Assembly (NCBI RefSeq): GCF_009914755.1
Contig: NC_060947.1
Direction: 5' to 3' (one strand)
DNA: 64,000 bases
Source: the human T2T-CHM13v2.0 reference genome, Homo sapiens
Positions 34,410 through 49,455 of this stretch are shown here, in pieces. The notes below the pieces were generated by a model. The model searched no databases and was not told the DNA's origin. It saw only the letters and a list, made by a program, of their open reading frames with translations. Both the position numbers and the translations under genes were made by a program. Within the stretch, counting starts at the first letter, position 1. Each line of letters begins with the position of its first letter.

Positions 34410-34560
34410 TTTGTCTCATCTGATCCTCACTGTGAGTTTGTGAAGTGGGTAAAGGGTTAATTATCTACATGTTGAATAGGAGATAACTGAATCTAAGGAA
34501 TATTAAATTAGTTGCCTGGGACTACAATCTGATCTCAGGTTTCTCTCTGAATTATCTGCT
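34410..34560 (-). mobile_element. MIR fragment
   Basis: ctcatctgatcctcac...gtgaagtgggta...gataactgaatctaaggaatattaaattagttgcc. Confidence 0.5.
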
Positions 34561-34849
34561 GCTTTCTACATTTCATATTAGAAAAGGCCACATAGAGAGA
34601 TAGAGAAAAGAGATGGTTTTGATAGATATGCAAATCCCTTGGACACTCTTATTCTAAGATCCTCAGCTTTCCTGGTGGATCTGGAACTTCACCAAGTCAG
34701 TCTTTGACTCCTGTTCTGCCATGACATGCATTTATTTCAAGCTTGTATTGTAAACTTTTCATCTCAGTGCATAACCATAGCAATGGGGGTACCTAGACTT
34801 GGATGATTAGCATACTGCTGCTAAGCAAATGTTTTTCCAGTCTATCTCT

Positions 34850-35790
34850 AATCCCTGGCTAAGCTGCAGACCATCTTTTCCACCTGCCTGCTGAATTTCT
34901 CTGTCCCAGATATGCCCCTTCTCCTGGGATATCTATCTTTATGACAACTTTATTCTTTAGGATGTCTAAGGGATCTTAGAACCTTTTTGATATGTTCTTG
35001 CAGCTAACAACATTTAGTTGTCTTACTGCATAGTACATTTTCAAGAATTATCAAATCATTTTGTCTCCATGATGGCCACCTGACTTTACTCCCTTCCTTG
35101 TTCCCAACCTATTTCCCTGCATCTCAATCTCTTTTGCTACTGTCCCCTTATTGGTACTTTGGGGTTATTTTTCTAACGTAGAAGCGAGGTTCTCTCCTTC
35201 AGTTTCCCAAACTCTTTAATTGCATCCCATTCTCTATAGAATGAAGGGAAACTTCTTGGCATCCCCTTCAAGGCATCCTTCTTCATAATTGGCTACCATT
35301 TATTTGTCAATCTATCTCCTGGTACATCTTTAATTTTTTGTCACAGATATTATCTTTAAACCCAGCTTTCCTACAAATACACTGCCAGGTCCTTAATAAT
35401 ACCATGGCCTGTTTATGGTTTTTTTGTTTGTTTGTTTGTTTGTTTTCATTCTGAAATGTCTTGCCTTCTGCTTTCTAACTGTAGGCCCTTGAATATTTCC
35501 AGGCTCGGACCAAATGCCACCCCTCTGTGACACTTCCCCTAAACTTCTCAATTGGAAATAAAGGCTTTATTCTTTTGCCCCCCTTCAATGTTGAGCCTGT
35601 AACTGTCAAGACATGCATTTAACTGCCTCTTGCTGCAGCAAATTCATTTAATGATGCCTGTCTTTCCATTAAGCCACAGCCCCCAGAGGTCAAAAACCAT
35701 GTCTCCTTCATTCCCGCACCTCACAATGTCCCAGAAGAGAACATTCTGCAATAGCAAATGTTCAATGAACAGTCAATGTTTGCTGAACTA
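34850..35790 (+). mobile_element. L2 fragments
   Basis: Pyrimidine-rich L2-like text ending gcaatagcaaatgttcaatgaacagtcaatgtttgctgaac. Boundaries approximate. Confidence 0.5.
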
Positions 35791-38766
35791 ATAGCCAAAC
35801 CCACTTTCTTATTCTTCACTCAAGAATATGTCTGTGGAAATAAGAGACTAGTGCAACATTTATGCAAACCACTGCAACAATGGTAATCCCTACTCTGTTT
35901 GAAAGTCACCTAGGGAAGGGTGAAGATTTATCATAAGTATTCTGTACTGCCATCTTTATCATATATTGTTTCAAGCAACTCAGATCTCTTTTCCAGCATG
36001 GTCTTATTACTCACATGTACATTCACTCTGTTTTTTAAAAAGATAAATACCAGAAAATAAAGCAATGCCAAAATGTTTACAAGATAGAACGTTTTTATTA
36101 CACTGACCATAGGACTTTCCCATTAAAAAGAAAAAAAAGACCAATTCCTGATCGGAGAGAAAACCCAAAGTTAATTGATTTTAATAGAAGCAGCTCTGTA
36201 TGTTTTGTGTCAAGAAAAAAGCCACCAAAATTTGTTCAGAGTGATGAAAAACCAATCTCAACAAGGTGATCATTTAGTATCATTCTTGCATTGAAGGGTG
36301 GCCTGCATATGCCAGACAAATAGTTCTACCGAAGGGGATAAGGCGAGGGAGAGTAGCCGCAGAGAACATTTCATGATTTACTTGATTCCTTGGTGCATAG
36401 TAAAAAAAAATGATGACCAATTCTTCAAACTCATAGAGCACATTCTCCGAGACTTCTGAATCTACCTTTCTCTTTGGCTTTCCAATGTATAATCTTCTAG
36501 AGTAAATATAGCTACAGTAAATAGCCTCCGAAGTGACCTGAACTCACCAGAAGCCAATCCAAGCAGCCCAGTGCCCTCGCTGTAAGGTTTTAATCTTGAA
36601 TAGCATTCAAGGACCAACAGCCTTAATCAAATGTAATGAGCATCAGGGCGATGTCAGTTCAAATTTCTTCATTTAAAAATCTCTTTAATTATGATGAAGC
36701 ATGACCCTGCAATTTGCATGTTAAGAAATGGTCCATCTGCTTTCCATTAAAGTCAGTTGGCTCCTTTGATTGGAAGTAACTCCAGCGCTCTACTGTAATT
36801 GTGTGCAGATGGGGCTCAACCCCCCTCAAGACCTCCAGCCCTCACTGCCGGGGCGCACAGTCCTCACTGGCTGAACCAGCATCCCAACTGCATAACCAGA
36901 TGTATAGACTGGATCTCTTCTCAATGTGTTTTTTATTATGTAAATGATTAGCATTTTTCTCTTTAAAATTACTTTTGAACAAATTAGTCATCTGAAATCT
37001 AAATGATTCTGTTGAAAAATTTACAAACGTTATCGTATGGCAAACTGCAATATGTGACGTCCAGTTTTTTTCTTTGAAATGCAAGAAACATTCTGCTGAA
37101 ATCAAAGGAACAGAAACCCAATGCTTTTTAAAAATGTTGAAAATATATGGATAGAAAAATCAATTAGGATAAGCAATCTACAGTTGCATACTCATTGTGA
37201 GATTTTATTACTATTAATTTTTATCATGAATCTAAATGATATAAAAATGTAGCAAGATGTATTGTTCTAGTGATTTAATCACTACTTGATATCTCTCATA
37301 AAGGTAATTAGAACTCTAGAATTTGTATTTACATCACATTAAGGCATTGGGCTACTGGATGCAAAATGTTGAAAATTTATTTGTGAGAAGTTGTATAAAT
37401 CTATTTCCAGAGGTCTGAAGTTTCACTATTTGATATATTAATTATTTGTGGAAATATTAAATTAACTCTATGATCGGGTCTTTTTGAAAAGAAACAGACT
37501 GAAGTACAATTAATTCTTGGTTTATCCATGGCAAAAGGAAACTATAGGTCACAAATTAGTCTGAATCTTTACGTTTGTAAAATTTTTTAACTTTTCTTTC
37601 TCCCTGCCCAAACCATTTTTGCTACAGTTGGAAGCCAAGAGAGGCAGTGGGATTTGGCAACAAAATAGTAAAATATATCACCCTCTGGAGGAAAGATTGT
37701 CTCACCAAGCCATAAAATAGACTTAGAGAGGAAATAGAAATAGAAAGGAAAAAGGAAGTGAGTGCCCCCAAATGCACTCATTTGTATTCTACCTGTAGAC
37801 TTTCTACAACTATATGAAGTTTTGCATTTCATAGAACTAGTACCAGCAGGCATCTCCAATCATGTTAATATTTCCAAGCCTTCATTTTGATGCTAATAAT
37901 TTTATTTAAAAAGTAAAAGAAAGGATCTCTGCTGTTTGTTTTAAACTATAGTCTATGAAGGTTAACTTACTTCCAGGCATCAGTTAAGTGCAGTTCTTAC
38001 AGCATAGCCCAAAATCATATTTTCAAGACACCCATCGCTTTTAAAAACTCAAGTGACCAGTATAAAAAGCTCTTGAAGCTATAAAACCAGTACTTTCTAT
38101 CTTCCCTTCCACAAACACAGCAGACCAAACAGAAAGTATGTATGAGTTTTTATAATTTAAAAATATTTTTAAAAATTAATTCATTAAGTAATAAAATGAA
38201 ATATATACAGAGGTTGGTAAATGTCCATTTATTTAAAGGTTAGAAAAACAATTTGCCCACTTAAAGAGTATTGTGAGCATGACAATCTCAGTAATAAACT
38301 ACTGGACCATGTGGGGGGTTAGTGTCACATGGATCCTTGCACCCCAATGCCCATTATAGATGACAGCAAATAGTAGGCACTCCGTAAATGTGTATTCAAC
38401 TGAAATGTGTCAATACTTCTCCATCCAAGTGACAGCAGCCCCTTGTAAAGGTAAACCGGGGAAATGTTAAGAAAATGTTATTTCGGATTTCCAAACAGCA
38501 CTATGCAACACTTTAATACATAAAAAATGAATGAATGAGGAACTTCAGGTTTTCAATATTTATCCCATAGAATGTGGTTCTCCATATAGCACACTCTGTA
38601 TCTAGTTTTATACGCTTCAACTCTACAATGTAAAACAATCCCATGTTATTCATTAGCCTAAAATGATTCATAAAGTAGTGATTTTGTTGGATTAAAAATA
38701 TTCTATATTGACAAATCTTTTAGTTGGCCTATTAGATAGACAGGTGGATAACAGATTTAGATACAT

Positions 38767-39034
38767 TTTGGGACAGGGTCTCACTCTGTTGCCCAGACTG
38801 GAGTGCAGTGGCATGATCATGGCTCATTGTAACCTCGAATTCCTGTGCTCAAATGATCCTCCCACCTCAGCCTCCCAAGTAGCTATGACTACAGGCACAT
38901 GCCACCATGCCTAGCTAATTTTATTATGTTTGTAGAGATAGGGATATCTTGCCATCTTGCCCAGGCTACTCTTGAACTCCTGCCTCAGCCTCCCAAAGTG
39001 CTGGGATTAAAGGGGTGAGCCACTGTGTCAGACC
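38767..39034 (-). mobile_element. AluJ with internal deletion and degenerate tail
   Basis: gacagggtctcactctgttgcccagactggagtgcagtggcatgatcatggctca. Near-TSD ttagttggcctatta / ttagttagcctatta. Confidence 0.9.
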
Positions 39035-39718
39035 TTAGTTAGCCTATTATATCATAACACAACCATGCCCAGTGAGTGTTTCCATTAGAGATCCATACAT
39101 TCAAAATAAAAATGACAGGAGAGCTAGCCCAGATGGGAGCAGATGTTAGATCTATTTCTGCTACCTACTACCAAATCACTTAGGCATAGCCTGCAACCTC
39201 TGTTTCAGCAGCTGTGAACAGAGAGCAGGACTAGATAATCTCAACCCACCATGACTCCCACTCTTATTAAAGAAAAAAACTACACAGACCTAGCAGAGAC
39301 AGAGAGAGGGAGGCAATCTTATTTCACATTAGTTTGGGGCAATAAGAAGGCATCTTGGAGGTAGGAAAGACAGTGATCACGAGTATCCTAAGATTGCAGG
39401 TTGGTTTGTGCGCTGACTGGGCACATGGTTTTCTCCTTGCAAAGCCAAGGGATGGGTTAGAACGGACACTTTCCCTGGGGCTTGTGTACATCAGTCCCCC
39501 TCTCCTCTTTTGAGAGTGAAGAAGCAGCTGGACTCCAGGTTGGGAATGCCAAAAGGGACTTCAAATGCCTCATTAGCTAAGATGATGAAGGAGTTGCTGC
39601 AGGCTCTATTTGCCCTCCTTTTACACACACTAACATATTAAGAGGCACTGTCAAAGCTCCCAGGACATGAAAACCAGCCTTCCTGGAGGGACTACTGAAG
39701 AAAGCAAGAAAAAAAATC

Positions 39719-39728
39719 TACATATATA

Positions 39729-39774
<46 letters not shown>

Positions 39775-39846
39775 TATATACACATATATATATCTACATA
39801 TATATGTGTATATATATATACATATATATATATATATTTTTTTTTT
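39719..39846. repeat. (TA)n-rich microsatellite
   Basis: Directly visible; interrupted by CA/TG units. Confidence 0.97.
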
Positions 39847-40830
39847 GCAAAATAACAATCTATTAACTTGACTGTCTTCATTACACAAAAGTCACTGTCA
39901 GGTTAACAGAGTCTGTTTATTCTATTTGTAGTTGATTCCCATTGATTCTCTCTCTCTCCACAAAAATCTAAGTTAAGAGCTAATTTGTAGTAGAAGAGTG
40001 ACTTCAGTACTTTAACAAAAGTTCACCTGGTTTCGTTAAACGTAGTTTTACATTGAAAGTGTCTTTGTATACTTAATCATTTATTCTGGCCCGTTCTACA
40101 ATATTCCCCTTATTCTCAAGTGAAACAGGCATATTTGAAATTCATATTAACTCTTCAGTCCTTTTATAAAAGTGCATATTTTAATTTATATTATCTCTTT
40201 AAAACACTATAGGTTTTACAAAAGGGTTTAAAAAGACGATTCCCAAAGCATCCTATTTTTATGGTGAATGCTACTCATACATAGCATATTATCTTTAATG
40301 ACAGATAAGATTTCATAATAACAGATGCTTTAAAAGTTAGATGGTTTTAAATTTCGCAAAAGTGACTTGCTGTAATTTAAAATAAGAGGCATGACCACAA
40401 TAAAACTTTAAAACTATTAAAGAAACATCACTTGGTAAGAAGAGAAAAGCATTGATTATTTTGAATGTAAGACATAGGACTTATGGTGTGTTTCCAACGA
40501 TAAAGAAAAAAAAAACCGGATGAATTACATAGATTTCAGAGGAAAGTATTCCCAAGTGGGAGCTAAAGGAAGATGGGACAGATACTTAACTTCTGGGAGA
40601 TGTGAATTGTTGTAAGTGTTAGAGTAACATGGACTTCCAAAAATAGGCAGCCAGCACATAAATCAAAACTGGCATTGATGGTGAATACTTCTTTATACAC
40701 ATTTTTTTTAAGTACCAGTATTTAGAAATAATATGGATTTGGCATGTGTATGTGAAAGACATAGAGAGAGAAAGACATCTGTTACTCTCTCTGTACTTTA
40801 ATGAATACTGCCTACTGACTGACTCTATAT

Positions 40831-41354
40831 TAGGGGTCCCCAGCTCCCGGGCCACTGACTGGTAGCAGTCTGTGGCCTGTTAGGAACTGGGTCACACAGC
40901 AGGAGGTAAGTGGTGGGTGAGTGGACAAAGCTTCAACTGTATTTACAGCCACTCCTCATCACTCACATTACCACCTGAACCTCCTGTCAGATCATCAGCA
41001 GCTTTAGATTCTCATAGGAGCATGAACCCTATTGTGAATTACACGTGAGGGATCTAGGTTGCATGCTCTTTATGAGAATCCAATGCCTGATGATCTGTCA
41101 CTGTCTCCCATCACCCCCAGATGGGACCATCCAGTTGCAGGAAAACAAGCCCAGGGTTCCTACCGATTCTACGTGACGGTGAGTTGTATAATTATTTCAT
41201 TACATATTACAATGTTATAATAATAGAAATAAAGTGCACAATAAATGTAATGTGCTTGAATCATCCCAAAACCATCCCCTGCCCCCTCCCCCAACATGGA
41301 AAAATTATCTTCCATGAAACCAGTCCCTGTTGCCAAAAAGGTTGGGGACTGCTG
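40831..41354 (+). mobile_element. MER1A-like hAT-Charlie non-autonomous DNA transposon, full length
   Basis: Termini taggggtcccca...tggggactgctg, length 524 bp, perfect 8-bp TSD ctctatat (40823-40830 and 41355-41362). Confidence 0.92.
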
Positions 41355-41958
41355 CTCTATATAACTCTTCAATGAGACCCCCAAAATTAACAAAATGTTA
41401 TATGTCACGGTGTATTTTGATGGTATCCCAAACTATACCTAATACAATGGATTCATCTTGGCTTTAAAAGAGCTTAGTCCCATTTACAGAAAATGATCAG
41501 CAGCACTCGATATTAAGGAGCTAAGTGCTCTAGAAACGGCTTTTGAATATAAACTATTGCATTTGCTAAACCGTTTGATAAACTGAACCTCCATGTTTTG
41601 AGGAAGGGAAATCCTTTGTCTAGAATCTCAAGGTACTAATGAAAATATTTAAGATCTGTACAACGACACTAATGTTCTTGGGTCATATCGGCAGAAAAAG
41701 CACAATACCAGTATATTTGTTATGCATTTTTCAAGTGTGCTTCATCTGCCAGCCTATTTTCTAAGGATTTAAATCGATTTATTCCAGTGTACCTAGTAGA
41801 GCTTACTTGAATCAGTCTGACTGAAGAAAAAGACAAAAATGTTCCTGAATTGTTGCTGTCCATCACATATGTCAAATTAAAAAGAATTAATATGAATGAC
41901 TTGCTCTGCCCCATGTCGAGTTAATATGGCTAATCTTTATGGGTCTGTGATTATGTTA

Positions 41959-42327
<369 letters not shown>

Positions 42328-42729
42328 CTAAGTCAAAGAAGAATTTTAAAAAATATTCCATTAAAGACACATGAAGTCTGATTTCCAAGACATCTGAAAG
42401 GAAGTTCAACATTTTTCCCCACCAAACCTTTGTTTGAATATTTGACAAAATGCATGTATTTGTTTTCTTTTCTCCTATCCAAGTGACATTTTGTGCTGAT
42501 TTCTCAAAGGAACATAATCCATAAGTGATGATTTTATATTGCATGCAACAGACAAACACCATGTATATGCGCCCACGTTCACAGATCATATATTCTATCT
42601 TGGTCAAAGATGTTTTCCAAAAAAACTGATTATAGTCACAAAACCTGTTCAGTACAATTTGAGGGCCCTTTTTGGATTATATACATTACACTTATAACAC
42701 ATCACTCTCTTTAATTTTTTCTTTCTCCC

Positions 42730-43037
42730 TTTTTTTTTTTTTTTTTTTTTTTTTTTACAGTTAAGGTCTCACTTTGTCACCCCAGGCTGGAGTGCAGTGG
42801 TGCAATCACAGTTCACTGAAGCCTTGAACTCCCAACCTCAGGCAATCCTCCTGCCTCAGCCTCCCAAGTAACTAGAACTACAGACACACACCACCATCCC
42901 TGGCTAATTTTTATTTTTTGTAGAAATGAGGTCTTGCTATGTTGTCCAGGGTGGTATTAAGTCCTGGCCTCCAGCAAATCTCCCACTCTAAGCCTCCCAA
43001 AGCACTGGGATTGCAGGCATGAGCCATTGCACCTGGC
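42730..43037 (-). mobile_element. AluJ
   Basis: Poly-T followed by ggtctcactttgtcaccccaggctggagtgcagtggtgcaatcacagttcactgaagccttgaac. Confidence 0.9.
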
Positions 43038-43780
43038 TATTTTCTCATATATCATAAATACTCATCAAAATAGCAGGAGCTCTATAAAACTTTACAATTC
43101 TCACAATGGTAACATATTTATTGGTATTGTATAGCACAGTTGTCTAAGCGTTCTAATTGAACATATTTCAATAATTTCCAGCCTTTATTATTAATATGGA
43201 ATTGTCAATGAGTTCTGCAGTAGAAGAATGTGAATCTTCTTTAAAAATCAGCCCACACCTATGTTATCTGTGACACAGTTGGGGTCTGAACAGCATCTTG
43301 CTGAGGACATTTTGGTTGAGCCCAGAATCAATCAACCATTAGTGAGAATAGGAAGCCCTGGACTTATTAGAGGAATGCATTATTGAAAAAGCCTGAGTAA
43401 TGTGAAAGAGCCATTTATCAAATGCCTATTTTTCCTTAGGAAAAAATGGTTCAGGACAGCACTCGGTCATCCCTAAGACAGGAGCTGCAATTGGAAGATA
43501 ATGGCTCTTTTCTGCCACTGAACAGAGGAGTTGCTGAGATTTCTAAAAGCTGTCCCATCCAGGGAAAGAAAGGGAAGGATGCTCTCTGTGCTCTTGCTCT
43601 CCTTTTTCCTATGGAAGAGAATGGCCAAGACAGCCCCACCAGCCCCAGCCCTCCACCCAGCCCTATCCCTAACCCTCTTTTTGCTTTATAGAAGATGGCT
43701 GAAAAGATGATCACCATAACCCTAACTTTTATACCAAGCCTCCTTTTATCCTTATGGGAGATGGTTTCCATGATAACTAC

Positions 43781-43867
43781 TATTCCATTAAAGACACATG
43801 AAGTCTGCTTGAATGTTTAACAAAATAGATGTATTTGTTTTCTTTTCTCCTATCAAAGTGACATTTT
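43781..43867. repeat. Dispersed direct copy of 42354-42492 (intron segment just upstream of the exon 4 acceptor)
   Basis: tattccattaaagacacatgaagtctg (27 nt) is identical. It is followed by a ~59-nt block with a few mismatches. The 43781 copy lacks ~52 nt present in the other. Confidence 0.9.
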
Positions 43868-44447
43868 CTTTTATCAAAATGCATTTTCACCTGGAATGCC
43901 TGTGCATAGCCAGGTTAAATTTCACTGTCTCTTTTACCTGGGGGTGGCTATGTTGTTGTGAATGGAACGTAATCAGCAAAGTTCTGTGCCACTGTGGACC
44001 GAGGCTTGCAGATGGTGGGGGATGGTGCCCCCGTGTTCTTCTTTATTAGCTGGATATGGGTGGCACCACAGCTGTAGGGAATGAGGGAATGGTGGGGCCA
44101 CAGGAGGAGAGACGCCAGAATGCTGTCTGCCCATATGGAGAAGGACAGCACCCTGCCGGGAACAGCTGCCTTGAACTGCTTCATGGGTATAAAGCAAGTA
44201 CACACGTGTTTGAACTCTTGTACATGTCAAGCTCCGTTTGCTACAACCATTCAGGGTACCTGAACCAATGCAAAGGCCATCCAGTGAAGGGCTGCCATGG
44301 TTCCTCAACGTTGGAAGTGGAAGATGAACAAGGAGGACACTTTCTGTTTATTTGATGTCACAACAGGGTTAGGAATATAAGAAATAAATGTGGTAGCTTT
44401 GGTGAACAGAAGTCTAGGGGGAGAATAGGAACATCAAGCAGCTCAGC

Positions 44448-44800
44448 GCCAGCATGCTGCTTGATGCTCCACAGTGATCCCTAACCAGGGCTCATTACTG
44501 GTAACATCTGGAAACACCTGGGTTACACCTGGACGATACCTGGGAACACTCGCCTGTGTGCTGCCTGCTGCTCCTCCCTGATGACTAAATATGGCTCTGC
44601 ACCATCGTGACACCTGGGTAACACCGGGTCATCCCTACCATTGCCTGGTAATGCCTGGGCAACACCTGGTAAGACCAGCTCATGTGTTGCTGTTGCTTCT
44701 CAGTAGTGATTGAATATGGCTCCCTACCACGAGGTAACACCTGCCAAACCTGCCAGCATGCTGCTGGCTACTCCTCACTGTTAAACAACCATGACCCTTT
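44448..44800. repeat. Degenerate minisatellite rich in ACACCTGG
   Basis: Recurring (g)gtaacacctgg units, plus longer repeated blocks gccagcatgctgct (x2) and aatatggctc (x2). Confidence 0.7.
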
Positions 44801-45977
44801 AGTCAGATAGGTGTCTGGTAGCACCTAGATACCCTGGAGATAGGAGGTTATCTAGGCAGGAGACTGAATGGTTTGGGCTATTAACCAGAGAGTATTTCAC
44901 CAATAGTGGAGGTATGTTATAAAACAAACAAACAAACAAACAAAACCACCATTATCAAAGTCTCTAGTGGGAGGTGGAAGGTTGGTGGGAGGAATGTCTC
45001 TCTTTTCCAGCAGTTAGTTCATTAATTTTAGCCTATGATTCTCAGATTGATGATGACTGGAAATTCCACTGAAGACTCAAAACATAACTTCAGCAAGGAA
45101 TATCTTAGTAATCCTAGAATAAACTACAATTTCAACGTAAATGATTCTCCACTGTCTCACCTGCTTCTTTTCCCCAAACAATGTTCAATTAAAATATGCG
45201 TAAGAGTTGACGGCAAATGTTATATTATGTGCATTTTACCACAATTTTAAAAAAACACTGTGAAAGAGACAGAAAATTTTTATACCATGAGAATGTGTGC
45301 AGCACCAAATTGTTATTGTTTCATAGTGACAATAATCTTTCTGATATTGTAAATTTAGTGGATGACAAAGCATTAGTACTTCATTACAAGTTAAATACAA
45401 TTAAATGCCTGTTCTTTTCTTAATTAACAAAAGGAAAACAGTGGAAACACTAGCTAGAAAAACTATAATTTCAAGGTTTGAATTAGAATTGTAGATGTCA
45501 TATAAAATTGTTTGTTAGTAATTAATCATACATAAAACGTGAAAATAACATGAGTTGACTGAACTAAAATTATTTCTCAATTTAAGAACTTTAAGGTAAA
45601 ACTTAGAAGGGCCATGGTGTCAATATTGAATTATGACAAATTTACAGCTAATTTAATTAAAAAGAAACTTTATAAGTATTTAAAGCATTATTAACTCTCA
45701 AGGCTTTTATCTCTTACTCTATTTCACAGTCCATTTTTCTGTTAGCTGTTAGATGTGTTTTACTTCATTGAGTTTTGAAGCTCTAAGTTTAGTTTCAAAC
45801 CTAAGTTAATAATCAAAGAAGTATGCTAACAGATCTGTAACAATTATGTAGTATTTGCCAACTTTCTTCTTTCAACAATTCATATACATTACACACACTG
45901 AAAGAAAATACTTAGTTACCAAAATCATTGGCCAGTGCCTCATGGGCTGAGATTTCCAAGTAGAAATACTTGTATTA

Positions 45978-46351
<374 letters not shown>

Positions 46352-47762
46352 TCATGATATAATGAAATCAACTCAGTTCATACTCTTCATCTATGAAAAC
46401 AGAGTATGAGTCAAGAATCAGATAAAGTTTGGATCCTGTATTCGTATATTATTCTAATTATCTATATGCCAACTGCCACACATTTGAACTGTGAGGGACA
46501 GGAAAACAGAGGCTATGTCTCCTTATCTTCATTATTTACTGAACTATTGGGGCAGACATAAAAACAAATAAACAAAGACAGTAACCTAGAACAGTTATGA
46601 AGCATGTGTTCCCAATGACTATAAAAGGGGAATGATCATAATTAGCCCAACAATTTAGATCTTTCAGTTGATATGAGAGTTATTCTGTATGGATATTCAA
46701 TGTTTTCCTTTTTGGTAAGGACATAGAAACACATATGTTCATCTTTGCACTCATGGTTTCTAGACTGGTTTATAATCTTGAAATAATACAGGTAACATTA
46801 TGAATATTACATGAGGTAACACACACAAAGAATTAAGCACTATTGTGCATAGTTGGCCCACAATACATACTCAATAAGAATTAAGTAATTTGTGTCTTTT
46901 TTTCTTTTATCACTGCTACAAGTTTACTCTTTAACATTTCAAAATTCTTCTGGTGTGCTCATGAAAATTTTGTAAGATCCAAAGACAGAAGGAAGTCTGT
47001 ATTCTTCTACAGTGTGTCCAGCCACTAGATTCCAACCCACTACTTCCAGATTAAGCACTGAAATCTGCATCTCAGGAATTGTACCCTGTACTTAAATGAA
47101 GTTCATCTTAGAGCAGTGTGGATTTGGTGCAACAGTCTTACAGAGGAGCTTTATTTAACTGTTCTATTAAAGGCAGATTTATCAAAGGGAGGTTTTGATG
47201 CTGTCTATTAATTTTCTTTCATAATTCTCTTGGATTGGGTTGAAAAAATATTATTTGTTTGAATATAAATTAGAGAACATATGGTATGTGTACATAAGGT
47301 CTCTCTCCAGGTCATTAATAATAGTGTAATGAGAATTTATTGATTGAATGGAATAAGGAGAAAAATGTGTACAGGTCAGAGAAAATGCTGTGTGAATATT
47401 AATACTCTAGATATAAACAAAATGTGCAAATTGGTCTCCAGTAGGAAATCCTGTGAACAAAGGTAATTTGAGTGTCACAAAAGTATAATAATTTCTGACC
47501 ATTAAGCATGTAAAATTTCATGTGATAATACAAATTACTCAGAGATTTGTTAAAAGGAATGAGAAAATAATAGAAAAAGACTTATTCAAATCAGTATGCA
47601 TGTAATACCCATCAATTTTATGGTCAATAAACACGTGTGACAACATAGATTCTATGTTCTATTTCCTGTTTCTAAAATTATATGCAGGTAATGAAGGCAA
47701 ATTGTTAACTGTAAATTTAGTTTTTATAACTACAATTCATTTTTATAAAACTATTCATATGA

Positions 47763-48147
<385 letters not shown>

Positions 48148-49119
48148 TGAAAAGAATATGGTCACTATGCCCATTAATTTTGTTTATTTTGCCCTTACTG
48201 TCCCCAAAACTAAGAAAGAATTAGTCTGCAAAGATTATGTATTTTTTCTAGATTAGTGATTAATAGTATCTAATGGATGTCATTATGCCTCCAAAGAAGA
48301 GATAAAGCAAAGTGTTAAAGAAAAATATCTTTGAGGTGCATTGGATTAAGTAAAAAATCCTTCATATGTTAACGAATAGATATATGTCATACTATATATT
48401 AATATGCAGTATTAATGAATTCTCATATATCCCTTCTACATGTCATCTCCTAAGAGCTAAAAACTAAAATGTGGTTTTTAGTGACTTACCTGGGTAATAT
48501 GCTAAGCTCCACTAAGAAGAAAATGAATAAAACATTAATTTATCCACCTGTGGCAAGTGGCTAAAAATAAAATTAAATACTAACAAAAGTAGGCAACATT
48601 TCTTGAATGCTTTCAGAAAGAGAGACAGTACTATCTTTGTTTAGTTTGGTATAAAATGCAAGGTATTGTACAGTAAAATAATCTGTTCAGCAATCATGGA
48701 ATGATAAAGACATCCAATTCAGTAAATTATCTTAATGTGTTTAAAATCACATAAATACAAGGCTTCAGCTATGAGGAGAACATTGCATTTGGCTATTTGG
48801 TTCAATTCAACAGACTTGTACCATACGTCAATTCTCTAGGATTATAATTGCCTTTGCAAACAGTCAGGGAATGGGGGGCTTCGCTTCCTGCTCCTAGCCA
48901 ACAACTGGGATTGCTGAATACAATGAAACCTCAAATATACAATTTCCTAAAGTGAGTGCTCCATCATTATCACCACTGTCATAACCACCACCATCACCAT
49001 CATTACCATCATCATTAGCAGTGGCAGTTGGTCACCAAGAGATGCTGATGTCTATCACATCCCTCACTCTACCCCAGCTGCTTTACTTTCTCATTTCACC
49101 TATTCTTCCCCAGTCCCCA

Positions 49120-49220
49120 CAACTGTTATTATTTCCATTTTAAAAATGGGGAAACAACAGCTCAGGGAGATCATAACATAGCCCAAATCACAAAACACGT
49201 AAGAGTCTGGGCAACGATGA
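49120..49220 (-). mobile_element. MIR fragment
   Basis: ttattatttccattttaaaaatggggaaacaacagctcagggagat...gcccaaatcaca. Confidence 0.6.
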
Positions 49221-49279
49221 GAGCTAGTGTTTTCTGAGGGCCCCACCATATCTCACGGTAAAATAAGAGGACTGGGCTC

Positions 49280-49455
49280 ACCCAGTGGCTCTCAGCTTGC
49301 TTCCCTATTAGAATTTCCCAGGGAGCTTCTAAAACTGATGTCTTGGGTGAACTTCTGACCCGTTTCTTCAGCATTCCAGGCATGGACCCTGGAAACTGCA
49401 CTTTGGAAAGAACCGCAGATGGTCCCAATGTCTGGCCAAGACTAGAAATCTGCTG
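49280..49455. mobile_element. MER5-like DNA transposon fossil
   Basis: cccagtggctctcagcttg...attagaatttcccagggagcttctaaaactgatg...aactgcacttt. Confidence 0.5.

Noticed and set aside
44448-44800. Repeat-spacer (CRISPR-like) array
   Set aside because: The repeats are degenerate with irregular spacing, there are no cas genes, and the context is a primate intron.
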